Below are positions 44,349-53,478 of a stretch of 53,478 nt of DNA, piece by piece. The translations under genes and the position numbers were made by a program. Under the pieces are notes generated by a model that worked only from the letters and a program-made list of their open reading frames with translations, was not told where the DNA came from and did not search any database. Numbering within the stretch: the first letter of the stretch is position 1; each line of letters starts with the position of its first letter. Origin of the DNA: a virus (lineage: Duplodnaviria; Caudoviricetes); the IMG/VR virus record IMGVR_UViG_3300020020_000038, positions 1 through 53,478 of that record; one strand, given 5' to 3'.

Positions 44349-44653
44349 CAATCACTCCTTGCTGTAGCACACGGCGCATAGACGGTGCAGTCCTGCCCGT
44401 CGTCACGGGTCGTCACGACAGACATCACCGGGCGGCCTTCGCCGTCGGTGGTGACGTTGTCGCCGTTGACGTAGTCGTCGCGGTCCCGGGCCTCGATTTT
44501 GCATTTCGTGCCGGCCGGGACCATCGGCACCGTCAACCCTCGCATCCCGGCACAGATATGCATCCGGCTATGTGGCAGCGGCTCAAAGGTGACGTCGGTC
44601 CGGTTGCAGTTCGGGCATTCCCACCGCTGCTCCGGGCGGATTACCGGAACCAC
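44348..44653 (-). CDS. Cys-containing phage hypothetical protein
   Basis: WECPNC..H.C.G..GL..PMV..RDDY..RDDG.DC.V.AP. Confidence 0.65.
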   Translation of the reverse strand: MVPVIRPEQRWECPNCNRTDVTFEPLPHSRMHICAGMRGLTVPMVPAGTKCKIEARDRDDYVNGDNVTTDGEGRPVMSVVTTRDDGQDCTVYAPCATARSD

Positions 44654-44961
44654 CAGATGCCTTGCGAATCAATCCACGAGTAACCGGCCGAACAGTACGC
44701 TTTCGACGCACCCGACGCCGCACCCGTAGACGATTCGTTGTTCGTCCGGACCGGCCCGTACTTGGTTTGCACCGCACCAGCCCAGTTACGACACCACAAC
44801 TTCACCTGAAACGCGATGTTGCCACCAGCCGAGTTCGCACAGCGGACAGACGCGGCGTTAGACCAGACAATCTCCGGGCAGTTCGTGACAGCCTGTACGT
44901 TGCCGAACGGGAGCAGAGCGAGAAGAGCGGTGAACGCGGCGAGACCTGCTAGCCGTCTCAT
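44641..44961 (-). CDS. Small secreted 4-Cys protein
   Basis: Signal peptide MRRLAGLAAFTALLALLPFGNVQA; ATGA overlap. Confidence 0.65.
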   Translation of the reverse strand: MRRLAGLAAFTALLALLPFGNVQAVTNCPEIVWSNAASVRCANSAGGNIAFQVKLWCRNWAGAVQTKYGPVRTNNESSTGAASGASKAYCSAGYSWIDSQGIWWFR

Positions 44962-45101
44962 GTCTGCCGGATCAGATGCTGGGCTCTTCCCTCGAGCACA
45001 CCGCGGGCCGCCTCCTGGTCGAGGACCTTGAAGATGACGACGATCACAACGATGACGACGAGCAGGAGAATGAGCAGCTCGATAGCCCGTTGGACGCTCA
45101 T
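44958..45101 (-). CDS. Small single-TM protein
   Basis: LLILLLVVIVVIVVIF. Confidence 0.6.
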   Translation of the reverse strand: MSVQRAIELLILLLVVIVVIVVIFKVLDQEAARGVLEGRAQHLIRQT

Positions 45102-45277
45102 GGCTGGTTCGGTGTCTGGTAGACGCCACTCAAAGTGACGAAGACAGCGACGGCAACGCCGACCCATTCAACGGCGGTCACCTCAACAGGGCCATCACCG
45201 AGCGGGTTCAACGCCACTTGAAGAGCGGTGAGCCCGGCCAGCAACGCGCCGACGACCGCCTTGAGATACGTGGACAT
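45098..45277 (-). CDS. Holin-like 2-TM protein (lysis cassette A)
   Basis: YLKAVVGALLAGL..DG..TAVEW..GVYQTPN; AAGGAG RBS. Confidence 0.7.
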   Translation of the reverse strand: MSTYLKAVVGALLAGLTALQVALNPLGDGPVEVTAVEWVGVAVAVFVTLSGVYQTPNQP

Positions 45278-45302
45278 GGGCAAGTGCTCCTTTGAGCGGG
45301 AG

Positions 45303-45890
45303 TTACGGGGTGGGATTGCTGTTAGCGAAGATGAACCCGAGGACCGCGACACCGGCGAACAGCAAGGTGGCGCCGAGTCCGATGATGGCGTAGACACCGG
45401 TCTTGGATTCTTCGCCACCGGTCTTCGCCGCGTTGATCGCGATGACGGCGGCTTGGATGTCGGAGACGATCTGTTTCAGGTCGTCGTACCGGGTGGTCTG
45501 CGCAGCGATCGCCGTGCCGAACGTGTCCCGCAAACCCTTCAACTGCTCCGCAAAGTTGTTCTCAGTCTTCGTGTTCGCGAGGGCAGCTGCCTCGGTTTGT
45601 TGCACCACCGACTTCTCAGCCGCAGCCAGAGCGGCGTCTACGGCTTTGGAGGTGTCGGCTTTCTGTTCGAGGCGTTGCCGTTCCGATGTCTGCTCCGAAA
45701 CGAGTAGCCGTTCCTTGATCGAGTTGAACCGTTCATCGGTCACCGCCGCCAACCCGTCCATTTCCACAGCGAAGATGTCGGTGAGTTCTTTGCGGAGGGC
45801 GTCGACTGCACGGGAGGTGAGGACGGTCGGGTCAGGGATTGGACGCGACCCCGGCCCGTGTTGCGTTTCGGGTTCGGTTTCAGTAGCCAT
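45303..45890 (-). CDS. Coiled-coil protein with C-terminal TM anchor (lysis cassette A)
   Basis: PDPTVLT, KAVDAALAAAEK, hydrophobic tail; start could extend to 45992. Confidence 0.7.
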   Translation of the reverse strand: MATETEPETQHGPGSRPIPDPTVLTSRAVDALRKELTDIFAVEMDGLAAVTDERFNSIKERLLVSEQTSERQRLEQKADTSKAVDAALAAAEKSVVQQTEAAALANTKTENNFAEQLKGLRDTFGTAIAAQTTRYDDLKQIVSDIQAAVIAINAAKTGGEESKTGVYAIIGLGATLLFAGVAVLGFIFANSNPTP

Positions 45891-45991
45891 CTCACCCCCA
45901 TCACTGCGGCGACGGCGTCTGGGCCGGGAAGGCGTGACCCGTTTTGCGATTTCATGGTTGCCCATCGCACCTCCCCAACCGGACAGAATCA

Positions 45992-46171
45992 TCAGTCGTC
46001 CCTTTCGCGAAGACTGGTGATGCAGAGCAGTGAGCCGACGATGCCGGCCACGATCGTGTTCGGGGCTGTAGCGGTAGTCCCCCAGAAGATGACGAGTCCG
46101 AGACCTACACAGAACCCGATGGTGCGTCGCTCACCGTCCGACAGTTCCCGAAGGCGACGACGGGGGCTCAC
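45992..46171 (-). CDS. Small 2-TM protein (59 aa)
   Basis: Hand-translated MSPRRRLRELSDGERRTIGFCVGLGLVIFWG..IVAGIVGSLLCITSLRERDD. Confidence 0.55.
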   Translation of the reverse strand: MSPRRRLRELSDGERRTIGFCVGLGLVIFWGTTATAPNTIVAGIVGSLLCITSLRERDD

Positions 46172-46247
46172 ATAATAATGATGAACGCCGGTCGTCCGTT
46201 AACCGTACCGGCCCGTACCGGATTTCATACTTTCGGACGATTGACAA

Positions 46248-47093
46248 TCAGCCGGTGTCTTTGCGTTGCAATAGTTCGTTCAGCTTCAACGCCGCCGCCT
46301 GGTCGTACTCGTCCGAGCCTGTGAGTTCGAACAAGAATGCCTTGAACAAGGCTTGTTGGAACCATTCCGACGCCGCCCCCGAGTTGAACTGGTCGACCGG
46401 TGGCGCCGACGTAACCGAGGCGAGAGTTTTGGAACTAACCAGCATGTCATCATCTCCAGAAGGCGGCGGGATTGGCGGGGGTTGGAGTGTTGACCCGGCA
46501 GCGGCAACGAGGCTGCGTAACGCAGCCACATCCCATGTGCCGGCACCGAGTGTCGGGTAGCCGTCAGCGGGCCCGAACGGATCAGACTTGCGGGTACCCG
46601 CCCAGCCTCGGTGGGTGGTGACGTCACGCATCGGATCGAGGCGAAGGCGGCGACACAACATGTTCATCAGGCGCAGGTAGGCGTCCATCTGTGGCCGCGG
46701 CCAACGTTCACCGACACCATTCGAGGCGGCTTCGATGGCGAACGCCATACGGTTACCCATCGAGGACGGGTCGAGCGGGATGACACCTTTCGATGTCGAC
46801 CACGGGGCGATGCCTTTGCCGTTCGTGTTTGAGGCGCCGGCTGTCCCGATGGTGACGACACCGGCCCGATCCAAGTGGACGTTGCCGATCGGTTTCGTCG
46901 TCGCGTTCTGCCACATGTAGGCGCAGTCGTTCTGCCATGTCGCATTGCTGGCCGTGTGATGGGCGACGATGCCCCACACTTGGTCGAATCCACCAGACGA
47001 CCGGGCCCGGGTCTCCCAGCCTGGATACTCACGGAACGCGATGCCCTCGGTGCGCAGCCAGTCGTCGAGATCGCGTAGCCAGATGGAACCCAT
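46248..47093 (-). CDS. Endolysin, amidase_2-like N-acetylmuramoyl-L-alanine amidase (A)
   Basis: GWETR, GIVAHHTAS, FAIEA, W...QMDAY, H..WA..RKSDP. Confidence 0.88.
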   Translation of the reverse strand: MGSIWLRDLDDWLRTEGIAFREYPGWETRARSSGGFDQVWGIVAHHTASNATWQNDCAYMWQNATTKPIGNVHLDRAGVVTIGTAGASNTNGKGIAPWSTSKGVIPLDPSSMGNRMAFAIEAASNGVGERWPRPQMDAYLRLMNMLCRRLRLDPMRDVTTHRGWAGTRKSDPFGPADGYPTLGAGTWDVAALRSLVAAAGSTLQPPPIPPPSGDDDMLVSSKTLASVTSAPPVDQFNSGAASEWFQQALFKAFLFELTGSDEYDQAAALKLNELLQRKDTG

Positions 47094-47161
47094 CAGTCCT
47101 CGGGCTCGTCGTCCTCGGCTTCGTCGTCGTCCTCGAGGAACTCAGGTTCGTCAGACATCAT
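47093..47161 (-). CDS. Possible 22-aa acidic peptide coupled to the lysin
   Basis: AGGAAGG RBS, MMSDEPEFLEDDDEAEDDEPED, TGATG overlap with the lysin start. Confidence 0.45.
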   Translation of the reverse strand: MMSDEPEFLEDDDEAEDDEPED

Positions 47162-47211
47162 CGACAACCTTCCTGTTGCTATTCCAAAGCGGCGCCGTCT
47201 ATGATGGGGGT

Positions 47212-47361
47212 GTGCCACGACCACCCGAAGGCGAACGAATCTGCATCCGCCTCAAGCCTGAGACGATCGCCGTCATCGACAAGTGGGCCGCCGAAGAGGG
47301 CTTCAGTCGGGCCGGGATGATCCGCCAAATACTGGAAGACCTTGAAGAGGGCCGCCGATGA
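47212..47361 (+). CDS. Ribbon-helix-helix (CopG-like) regulator
   Basis: RICIRLKPETIAVIDKWAAEEGFSRAGMIRQIL; TATGAT-N6-GTG leaderless start. Confidence 0.8.
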   Translation: MPRPPEGERICIRLKPETIAVIDKWAAEEGFSRAGMIRQILEDLEEGRR

Positions 47362-48617
47362 CGATCTCTCGCCGTCAGTTACTCGCCGGTGCCGGCAGCG
47401 CCGCCACCTACCTAACCCTCAACCACCCCACACTCGGAGCCCTGGACGCACACGCCCTCGCCCCACAACCACCACCATCCAACACCTTCGAAGCACAAGA
47501 CTGGGCGACCGCCACCATCGTCCTCGAAAACCGGACCGGTTACGCCGACGGCTTACTACCCATCCAACTCGCCGACGGCACACTGTTTGCCACTCTCACC
47601 GTCAACGACACCGGCGAAGGAACCGGCGACGGAACCCACACCGTCACCCTCCACTCCGTCGACGGCGGAGAAACCTGGGAACGAACCGGCGTCATCGAAC
47701 CCCCCGAAGCCCCCGAAGCTGCGTGGGGCACCCCGTGGCTTCACCCTTCGGGCCGCATCTACGTCTTCTACACCTATAACGCAGCCAACCTGCGCTCCAT
47801 CCCCAACAACGACGGCACCTACGGCAACCAGAGGGTCGACAGTGTTGGTGTCATCGCCTACCGGTCATCGCTGGACGGCGGCTACACATGGGGGGCACGC
47901 CGCCACATCCACATCCCTGTCACAGCGATCGATCTACGTAACCCGTTCAAAGGCACCCACTGCATCTTCTGGATGGGTCCCGGCGTCCCCATCCCCAACG
48001 GCCTCGACGCCTACATCGGCATCTCCAAAGTCGGTGCCGTACATGGCGGCGTCATGTCCAACGACACCGAAGGCTTCGTCGTCAAGTTCACCGAAACCGA
48101 ACCCGGCCACATCACCGCCACATTCTCCACCGCCATCAAATGTGGACAACCGAACACCGAAGAACCCAGCCCAATCATCTTCGACGACGGAGTCATCAAC
48201 TGCACCTACCGATCCGTCATCGGCCGCCTCGGCGAAGCCTGGTCCACCAACGGCGGCGTCACATGGACCGTCGACTGGGCCAAGGATCGCACCGGCGCAA
48301 TCATCGCCCAACCAAGGGCCGGTGCTCAACAGGTCCGTCTCCCGGACGGCCGGTTCATCGTCTGGCATCACAACAACAGTTCCGACCCGGCGACCCTCGC
48401 ATCACACTTCGGGCCACGAAATCCGGTCTTCTACAGGATCGGCGAACGGGTCGGGAACCGCATCGTGTGGGGAGCTCCCAAACTGTTGTTGTGGGACCAA
48501 GATCCGAAGACAAACATCTCTGGTCCAAGTTTCCTGTTCGACGGTGACGTGATGACTGTCGTCGCCACCGACAAGTTGACGGCCCGCCTACTCCGTTTCC
48601 CGCTCGCCGGCCTCTAA
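47358..48617 (+). CDS. Tat-exported sialidase-like (BNR/Asp-box) beta-propeller protein
   Basis: SRRQLL Tat motif; Asp boxes SVDGGETW, SLDGGYTW and STNGGVTW; EEP and PRNP motifs. Confidence 0.8.
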   Translation: MTISRRQLLAGAGSAATYLTLNHPTLGALDAHALAPQPPPSNTFEAQDWATATIVLENRTGYADGLLPIQLADGTLFATLTVNDTGEGTGDGTHTVTLHSVDGGETWERTGVIEPPEAPEAAWGTPWLHPSGRIYVFYTYNAANLRSIPNNDGTYGNQRVDSVGVIAYRSSLDGGYTWGARRHIHIPVTAIDLRNPFKGTHCIFWMGPGVPIPNGLDAYIGISKVGAVHGGVMSNDTEGFVVKFTETEPGHITATFSTAIKCGQPNTEEPSPIIFDDGVINCTYRSVIGRLGEAWSTNGGVTWTVDWAKDRTGAIIAQPRAGAQQVRLPDGRFIVWHHNNSSDPATLASHFGPRNPVFYRIGERVGNRIVWGAPKLLLWDQDPKTNISGPSFLFDGDVMTVVATDKLTARLLRFPLAGL

Positions 48618-49090
48618 GTCGGGTAGACCAGTTCCACGTCGAAGAATCCGGTAAAGGTGACGGTAACCGAACCCGCCTGTAACGCCCTGATCGACAATGT
48701 GTCTGACGTCCCGTTCATCAGGATTAGCGGACTCACACCGAACACCCCTGAACTGACCGACGACGGCTCAATGTCGAAGCCATGAAGGTCCGTCGAGTTG
48801 CGGCGTACAACCACGTTGAAACGGGTGGCGGCGGTATCGGTGGAGGCGGACCCCCTGACTCCGACCCGGTACCAGCCGGTGATGTTCGGAGTGATAACGG
48901 TCGGTGTTCCACCTGCGAACCAGCCGCGAGGGTCGAGAACCTCTGTCTCCCACGAGACCGTGATAATCGAACCACTGACCAGCGAGTTACCAGTTGACGT
49001 TGACACCTGGCAGACAGCGTTGACAGGCCGAGTCACTGCGTTCAGATTGGTGGCGGTCACGATCTCGAGGGAGGCAAACGGCCAAGCCAT
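48614..49090 (-). CDS. Minor tail/receptor-binding-like protein (C1q/TNF-like beta domain)
   Basis: VTATNLN leader, W.TE..D..G, ITPNITGWY.V. Confidence 0.6.
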   Translation of the reverse strand: MAWPFASLEIVTATNLNAVTRPVNAVCQVSTSTGNSLVSGSIITVSWETEVLDPRGWFAGGTPTVITPNITGWYRVGVRGSASTDTAATRFNVVVRRNSTDLHGFDIEPSSVSSGVFGVSPLILMNGTSDTLSIRALQAGSVTVTFTGFFDVELVYPT

Positions 49091-49102
49091 AAGTGGGGCT
49101 CC

Positions 49103-50350
49103 TTAGAAGGCTAGACGGTTGGAGTCGAGGACACCGAACACGGCGTCATCCAACGTCAGGAAGGCACGGGTGTCTGCATTGGCAAACGACAACTCGGCAG
49201 TCCAAGAACCGTGAGCGATGTTGTGGTGGATGCCGTCGACAATCGACAACTTGACGATTCCAGAACCGACGTTCAACGGTGCCCGTTCCACACTGACCAC
49301 ATCGGTCAGATCCAACGACACCACCGTCTGTACTTCGGGCTGTGTCAACGCCGCCACGTTGACCGTCGCCGATTCGAACCGGACCTCCGGTGTGGAGAAC
49401 CGGTCCAGGTGCAAATCGAGAATGTCTTGGGTCTCTACATCGTCGACAGTGAACAGCTGCCCCAAAGACAGGGTACGAATCATGAACTTGTCGATTGCCG
49501 CCAAGTCGACGGCCTCGAGCGGGACACCTGTCGTTTCTGATTCGCCGAGCACACGGGTATACAACAGGTCTGCCGCGGATCGTTGACTGGCATTGCGGTA
49601 AGGGACGCCTGCTGTCCGGTCGTCAGAGAACACGACGTCAGCAGAAGCGTTGAGGGTGGCGGTCCGGTTGCGGAACATCAATGTTCCGTCAGCGGCTATG
49701 TACAGGTAGCCGGCTTCGGAACGTGAACAGGCTTGGAGGTAGGCGAGGACGTTGCCACCCAACGTGGTCGCCCCGAACGTCGAGTTGCCGTCATCGATCA
49801 ACCGGGAGAAATGTTCCACTTCGGGACGGTCCAACACTCGGATGATTCGTTCCCCGGACAGGTCACCGGAGAACGCCGGGGCAATCTCGGGGAGTTCCTG
49901 GTTGGCGAGGATGGCGAACCCGTCAACACAGGTAGCGGTGACACGGGACAGGTTGTCGCCCGGTTCATAGGTGACAGCCCAGTCCTCGACCCAGCCGGTG
50001 AACAGGTCGAGGCCTTGCCAGCGGATCGCGACCCGTTTGATCGGAACAATTTCGCCGTCGTATGGGGAACCGCTATAGGACGGGTCGAAGGTGCGGTCGT
50101 TGTCGTTGAGTACGACGGTGGCGACCCCTGGGTTGTATTCGTCGCGTTCGTGGTCCCGGCCCCGCTTGGTCGTGATCGCCGCGACGTGTTCCGTGACGTC
50201 GACGAACACGTCATCGGGGGCAAGCAGGTAGGTGACGTTGTTGAGTTCGCCGCGGTCGGGGTGGTCGAGTACGAAGAAGTTGCCGCCGACGGCGTCAACC
50301 CCGAACCCGATTTCGACGGTGACACCGGCGAGGTTGGTGGCGACAGTCAT
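49103..50350 (-). CDS. Minor tail (hub/tip) protein, block A
   Basis: FVLD..G.L, RGR..E..PG.A..L.DNDR.FDP, SEAGYLYI..DG.L.FR, terminal FLTLDD..GVLDSN.L. Confidence 0.75.
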   Translation of the reverse strand: MTVATNLAGVTVEIGFGVDAVGGNFFVLDHPDRGELNNVTYLLAPDDVFVDVTEHVAAITTKRGRDHERDEYNPGVATVVLNDNDRTFDPSYSGSPYDGEIVPIKRVAIRWQGLDLFTGWVEDWAVTYEPGDNLSRVTATCVDGFAILANQELPEIAPAFSGDLSGERIIRVLDRPEVEHFSRLIDDGNSTFGATTLGGNVLAYLQACSRSEAGYLYIAADGTLMFRNRTATLNASADVVFSDDRTAGVPYRNASQRSAADLLYTRVLGESETTGVPLEAVDLAAIDKFMIRTLSLGQLFTVDDVETQDILDLHLDRFSTPEVRFESATVNVAALTQPEVQTVVSLDLTDVVSVERAPLNVGSGIVKLSIVDGIHHNIAHGSWTAELSFANADTRAFLTLDDAVFGVLDSNRLAF

Positions 50351-53300
50351 CTTGTGCTAATGGGGACTGGTCCGCTGCGTCGCTCCCACTGCCGCAACGC
50401 CCGGACGACGGCGTCTGGTACGACTTCGCCGGGCCCATTGTGGTTGATCGTCAGGTTGTAGACGGCACCACCACCGGACATGCCGCCGCCGCCCCTACCG
50501 ATACTGGCGGCAGCCCCACCCATCGCCGACAGAGCCGACATGATCGGCCCCGACACCCGCGGATCACCCAACACCGCCGCCATCCGGGCCGGATTACCCA
50601 ACGGCAAAACCGCTTCATTCCCGTGGATCTGAGCAATCTGATCCTGGGCAATGTAGCCACCCTCAGCGAACGTTTTGACCTTAGCCAAAATCTGGGTAAA
50701 CCGAGTTTTCGTTAGGGCGTTCAACTGCGAGTTTGCGTCATATGTATAAGCCACAGCCACCACAGGTGCTGTGCGCTTCGGGGTCAGCGAATTAAGGAGC
50801 CGTCTCGCCTCTTCGTACTGGCCATGATCAAGCAACAGGTCCAGCTGGGTGGCGATCTCCGGCGGAATATTGTCATACTGCGCTATGAGTGCTTCGATCT
50901 CTTGGCGTGCGGTCGTCATGCCGGCCTGCACGATCGCCGTCTCCACCTGCTCCGGCGTCAACCCCCACGTATACAACAGATAATCAAACTGCTCCCTGTT
51001 GAAACCCGCCGCGAGAGCGTTGTCACGCATGACACCCGTGTTGTAGAGGACATCGTCGGCAACCGTCTCGATTGCTTCGCCATCCTCCAGACGGGCAGCA
51101 GCCAAATCCAGAATGTTGTCGCGTTGCTCCTGGAACATCTGAACATTCGCGTTGCCCTCGACCGTGCTGATCGACAACGACCGGTTGACATGCCCCAACT
51201 CGTCATCCTGTGCAGCCAGGGCGTCATTGAATTTGAGTGCCCAGTCCCACAGTTCTGCCTCAGCATCAGCCACGCCGATCGCTCCACCGGTGAGCCGAGA
51301 AAGTTCATCCCCGAAGTTGGCGGCGGCCCGGGCAGCCATGTCGAACGCCTCCGCCGACAACGTCATCGTGTCAATCGTCGACCCAGCAACCCCCTCCAAC
51401 TCGTCGAACGAACCGGCCAGATCATCGACCCCGCCGACAGCGTCGCCGGCTTCGTCACCGATCGTTTTGAACCCGGCACCCATCGCCCCGATGTCCGGCC
51501 CGAAGATGTCAGCGAGCCCCTTGCCGCTCGCCTTCAACTTGTCAACGACACCATCGACCGCGCCGGCAGCCAGGGTCGCCTTGTCTGCCAGGCCCTTGAA
51601 CTTGTCGCCCGACATCTCGACCTGTGCAGCCAACAATTCGATCTTTGATGCGCCATCAACAAACGACTCAGCTAGTTGTTTGATGGAGTCCAACGTCGGG
51701 ACAGTCTTGGTTCGCAACGACTCCTGTGCTGTCGTCAACTCCTCAACTGCCGCCGTGTACGACTCGGTGCCTAGCACGGCATCCTGAGTCGCCTGATCCG
51801 ACTGGGCGAGGAGTTCGTTGAACCTTTGGTACACCTCGACGGCTTGGTCGGATGCCCGGGTGGCACCGATCTGGGTCTCAGCGAGCCGGATCAACTCATC
51901 GGCTTCCTCCGACGCCGCCGCGGCAGCGTTCAACGCCTGCGTCGCAACCTTATCCAAATCAGTTTTTTCGGCCTGGTCCTGGATTTCCTCCATCGCCAAC
52001 GCCACCGGCAACAACTCCGCCGCGAATACCTTGGCTTCTTCGTAGGTCATGCCCATCTGCTCAGCGAAGAACCTGAGCGAGATAGACAAGTCTTCGGCAC
52101 CGCCATCGGTGTCGTTGACGGCCTGCCCGACAATCGAGATTTCCTCTGCCGTCAGCCCGGCCTGAACGCCGAGATGGTAGAGCGCCGACTCGACATCGAG
52201 GTCACGGAAGCGGGCCAGCACCGTGAACGCTTCATCGGACTGGATGCCCAACGCCCCCAACGCCTGCGTCAGTTTGACGCCGTCCTCATCGGTCTGTGCG
52301 AGAGCTAACGCCAACGCCTCGTTAGCCGCCGCCAACCCGGCAATCGCCGGTTCCGCACCCTGCGACGCCAACGTCGTCCGCAACGTCTCCTGCCACTGCA
52401 CCACCAGCGCTGCGCCGACCTCGCGGGAACGGGCCTCGAGTTCGCGTTGCTTTGACGTGAACGCCTCGTACGCCAACACACCGACAGTGGCGGCGATAGC
52501 GATACCGGCGAACGCGGTGCCTGCCAACCCGGCCGCACCAGCAGAGAGTTTCATGAGACCATTGATAGCCGCCAGGTTCTTGATGAGTGACCCGGTGATG
52601 AACATCATCGGCCCGGCCGCCGCCACCAGAGCCAAAAACCCGCCAACGGCAGCCTGCACCGGGGCCGGGAGAGCTTGGAAGCCCTCCACCCAGCTACTAA
52701 CGAGATCAAGGACAGTGGAGACGATCGGCAGCAACGTGGCCCCGAGGTCGATGAACAGGTCGACGATTTTGTTGCGGACAATCTCGAATTGGGCGGCCGT
52801 AGTGGCATACCGTTTCGCCGCCTCACCGGTCAAGGCAAGGTTGTCCTCCCAAAACCCGACGGAACGGCCCAACGTCTCATTCAACGAGTCACCAGCACCA
52901 AGCAATGACAGAAACACCTGTTGCGCCAGTTGGCCCTTCAACCCGATACTGCCCAGGGCGTCAGATGCGTTCCCGCTTTCCGCCTCGATACGGGCGAGCC
53001 CTTGTACGAACGCGACAACTGCTCCTGCCGCATCATCCCGGAACGTGGTGGCAAACTGTTCCCCCGACATGCCGGCAATATCAGCGAACGCCTCAAGTTT
53101 GGCCCCGCCACTATCTACCGCAGTGTTCATCAACAGAAATGCCCGCTGAACCGCCGTTCCACCACGCTCCGCCGGGATACCGAGGTCAGCCATTGCTGCG
53201 GCAAACCCCAACACTTCGGCTTCAGAAAGACCGATCAGCGCACCGGCACCGGCGATACGTTGCGCCATATCCAAAATCTGGCCCTCAGTCGAAGCACCCG

Positions 53301-53478
53301 TGTTACCCAACCCCACTAACGCGGAGCCGAGATTGTCGACGTCATCCCCCGACGTCTGCATCACATTCATCAACTGGGCGATCGACGTCGCCGCCTGATC
53401 CGCCGTCAGATTCGTCGTCTCCCCCAAGTCAATCATCACTCGGGTGAACTGCAAAATATCCGGCGTCGCCACACCGAG
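50347..53478 (-). CDS. Tail tape measure protein (5' end outside the window)
   Basis: >1000 aa, Ala-rich helical; TP901-type core motifs LGNTGASTE, AERGGTA and EAAKRYAT; hydrophobic segment; FAEGG near the C-terminus. Confidence 0.93.
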   Translation of the reverse strand, partial: LGVATPDILQFTRVMIDLGETTNLTADQAATSIAQLMNVMQTSGDDVDNLGSALVGLGNTGASTEGQILDMAQRIAGAGALIGLSEAEVLGFAAAMADLGIPAERGGTAVQRAFLLMNTAVDSGGAKLEAFADIAGMSGEQFATTFRDDAAGAVVAFVQGLARIEAESGNASDALGSIGLKGQLAQQVFLSLLGAGDSLNETLGRSVGFWEDNLALTGEAAKRYATTAAQFEIVRNKIVDLFIDLGATLLPIVSTVLDLVSSWVEGFQALPAPVQAAVGGFLALVAAAGPMMFITGSLIKNLAAINGLMKLSAGAAGLAGTAFAGIAIAATVGVLAYEAFTSKQRELEARSREVGAALVVQWQETLRTTLASQGAEPAIAGLAAANEALALALAQTDEDGVKLTQALGALGIQSDEAFTVLARFRDLDVESALYHLGVQAGLTAEEISIVGQAVNDTDGGAEDLSISLRFFAEQMGMTYEEAKVFAAELLPVALAMEEIQDQAEKTDLDKVATQALNAAAAASEEADELIRLAETQIGATRASDQAVEVYQRFNELLAQSDQATQDAVLGTESYTAAVEELTTAQESLRTKTVPTLDSIKQLAESFVDGASKIELLAAQVEMSGDKFKGLADKATLAAGAVDGVVDKLKASGKGLADIFGPDIGAMGAGFKTIGDEAGDAVGGVDDLAGSFDELEGVAGSTIDTMTLSAEAFDMAARAAANFGDELSRLTGGAIGVADAEAELWDWALKFNDALAAQDDELGHVNRSLSISTVEGNANVQMFQEQRDNILDLAAARLEDGEAIETVADDVLYNTGVMRDNALAAGFNREQFDYLLYTWGLTPEQVETAIVQAGMTTARQEIEALIAQYDNIPPEIATQLDLLLDHGQYEEARRLLNSLTPKRTAPVVAVAYTYDANSQLNALTKTRFTQILAKVKTFAEGGYIAQDQIAQIHGNEAVLPLGNPARMAAVLGDPRVSGPIMSALSAMGGAAASIGRGGGGMSGGGAVYNLTINHNGPGEVVPDAVVRALRQWERRSGPVPISTR

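Noticed and set aside
1-53478. Calling the element temperate or lytic
   Set aside because: No integrase, att site, clear repressor or host flanks are in the window, so lifestyle cannot be determined.

Overview
This high-GC, densely coding window looks like most of a tailed-phage (siphovirus-like) genome of an actinobacterial host. The host is inferred from leaderless TANNNT promoters, an LPETG sortase substrate and actinophage-type gene families. Both ends cut genes, and no capsid, portal, terminase, integrase or clear repressor is visible. From left to right: (1) a minus-strand DNA base hypermodification operon (two ParB/Srx-like paralogs, a TET/JBP 2OG-Fe(II) dioxygenase, an aGPT-Pplase2-type amino acid:DNA transferase and a truncated phosphatase-like gene); (2) early/replication genes (DUF932, J-domain, SF2 helicase, HNH, RusA, replication initiator with iterons) behind repeated promoters, some genes frameshifted; (3) a divergent operon (Gam-like, Sak4-like ATPase, a secreted protein, an LPXTG mucin-like surface protein); (4) a glycosyltransferase/methyltransferase island; (5) two parallel, non-identical late blocks, each with tail-tip genes, amidase, coiled-coil/TM protein, holin and a fibre module built around a ~20-aa repeat protein; (6) an opposite-strand RHH plus Tat-exported sialidase-like moron; (7) a truncated tape measure gene. 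All family calls come from motifs recognised by eye; no database searches were run.
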